DNA of 64,000 nt, taken from assembly GCA_029717555.1 (NCBI GenBank), contig JAMDHS010000080.1, positions 1-64,000 of the forward strand. Direction: 5' to 3'. Position numbers and translations under genes: made by a program. The stretch is from Peribolospora baueri (taxonomy: Eukaryota). This document shows positions 63,795 through 64,000 of this stretch, piece by piece (positions within the stretch are counted from its first letter, which is position 1; the number at the start of each line of letters is the position of its first letter). Under the pieces are notes generated by a model. It was not told the DNA's origin, did not search any database, and saw nothing but the letters and a program-made list of their open reading frames with translations.

Positions 63795-64000
63795 ATGTCT
63801 TTGGCCTCCTTGTCCGGTCTTCCTCCCCATGACTCTGGCTTTCGCACCCAGCATCTCGCCGGCGGGCGCTCGTTTCATTTCGATAGGCCCATCAAGCAGG
63901 TCGCCATCATCGGTACAGGTCCTTCTGGGGTGAGGGCACGCGTGTTTCGAGCATTGGCCTAGTAGCACTGCGCGGCAACACATCTTCTTGTTCGTTCTGG
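63795..64000 (+). CDS. Flavin-containing monooxygenase, 5' partial (runs off the window)
   Basis: FDRPIKQVAIIGTGPSG, an FAD-binding GxGxxG motif, followed by a GTGAGG donor at about 63930. Confidence 0.7.

Overview
Eukaryotic, GC-rich, intron-rich fungal DNA, most consistent with a basidiomycete (GTGAGT/GTAAG/GTGCG donors, CTGAC-type branch sites, mostly 60-150 nt introns, many microexons). The ORF track therefore shows exon fragments, and I spliced the gene models by hand. About 20 genes are present, in order: mitochondrial ribosomal protein MrpL51/mL43, a large acidic Ifh1/Crf1-like protein, a secreted Gly/Ser/Thr-rich repeat protein, a ~1000 aa orphan, an Om14-like protein, MET14, SEA4/MIOS, a CLASP/Stu1-type TOG protein, an MDR oxidoreductase, an MscS channel, a Kic1/Nak1-like STE20 kinase, eIF2B-gamma, an Rkm4/SETD6-like methyltransferase, Hsp110 (SSE1), a polyol dehydrogenase, sideroflexin, a PASK-family kinase, a Rad26/ATRIP-like protein and the start of a flavin monooxygenase. 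A decayed LINE fragment is also present. I found no tRNA, rRNA or CRISPR and no obvious novel gene cluster. The most interesting signals are post-transcriptional: oversized introns in sideroflexin, MET14 and SSE1 that hide splice sites creating premature stops (candidate poison exons), a ~1.5 kb AUG-free region with an inverted pair of microsatellites upstream of the PASK-like kinase, a spliced uORF leader on the Ifh1-like gene, and an ATRIP-like protein apparently lacking its coiled coil. All family assignments come from motif recognition, not database searches.
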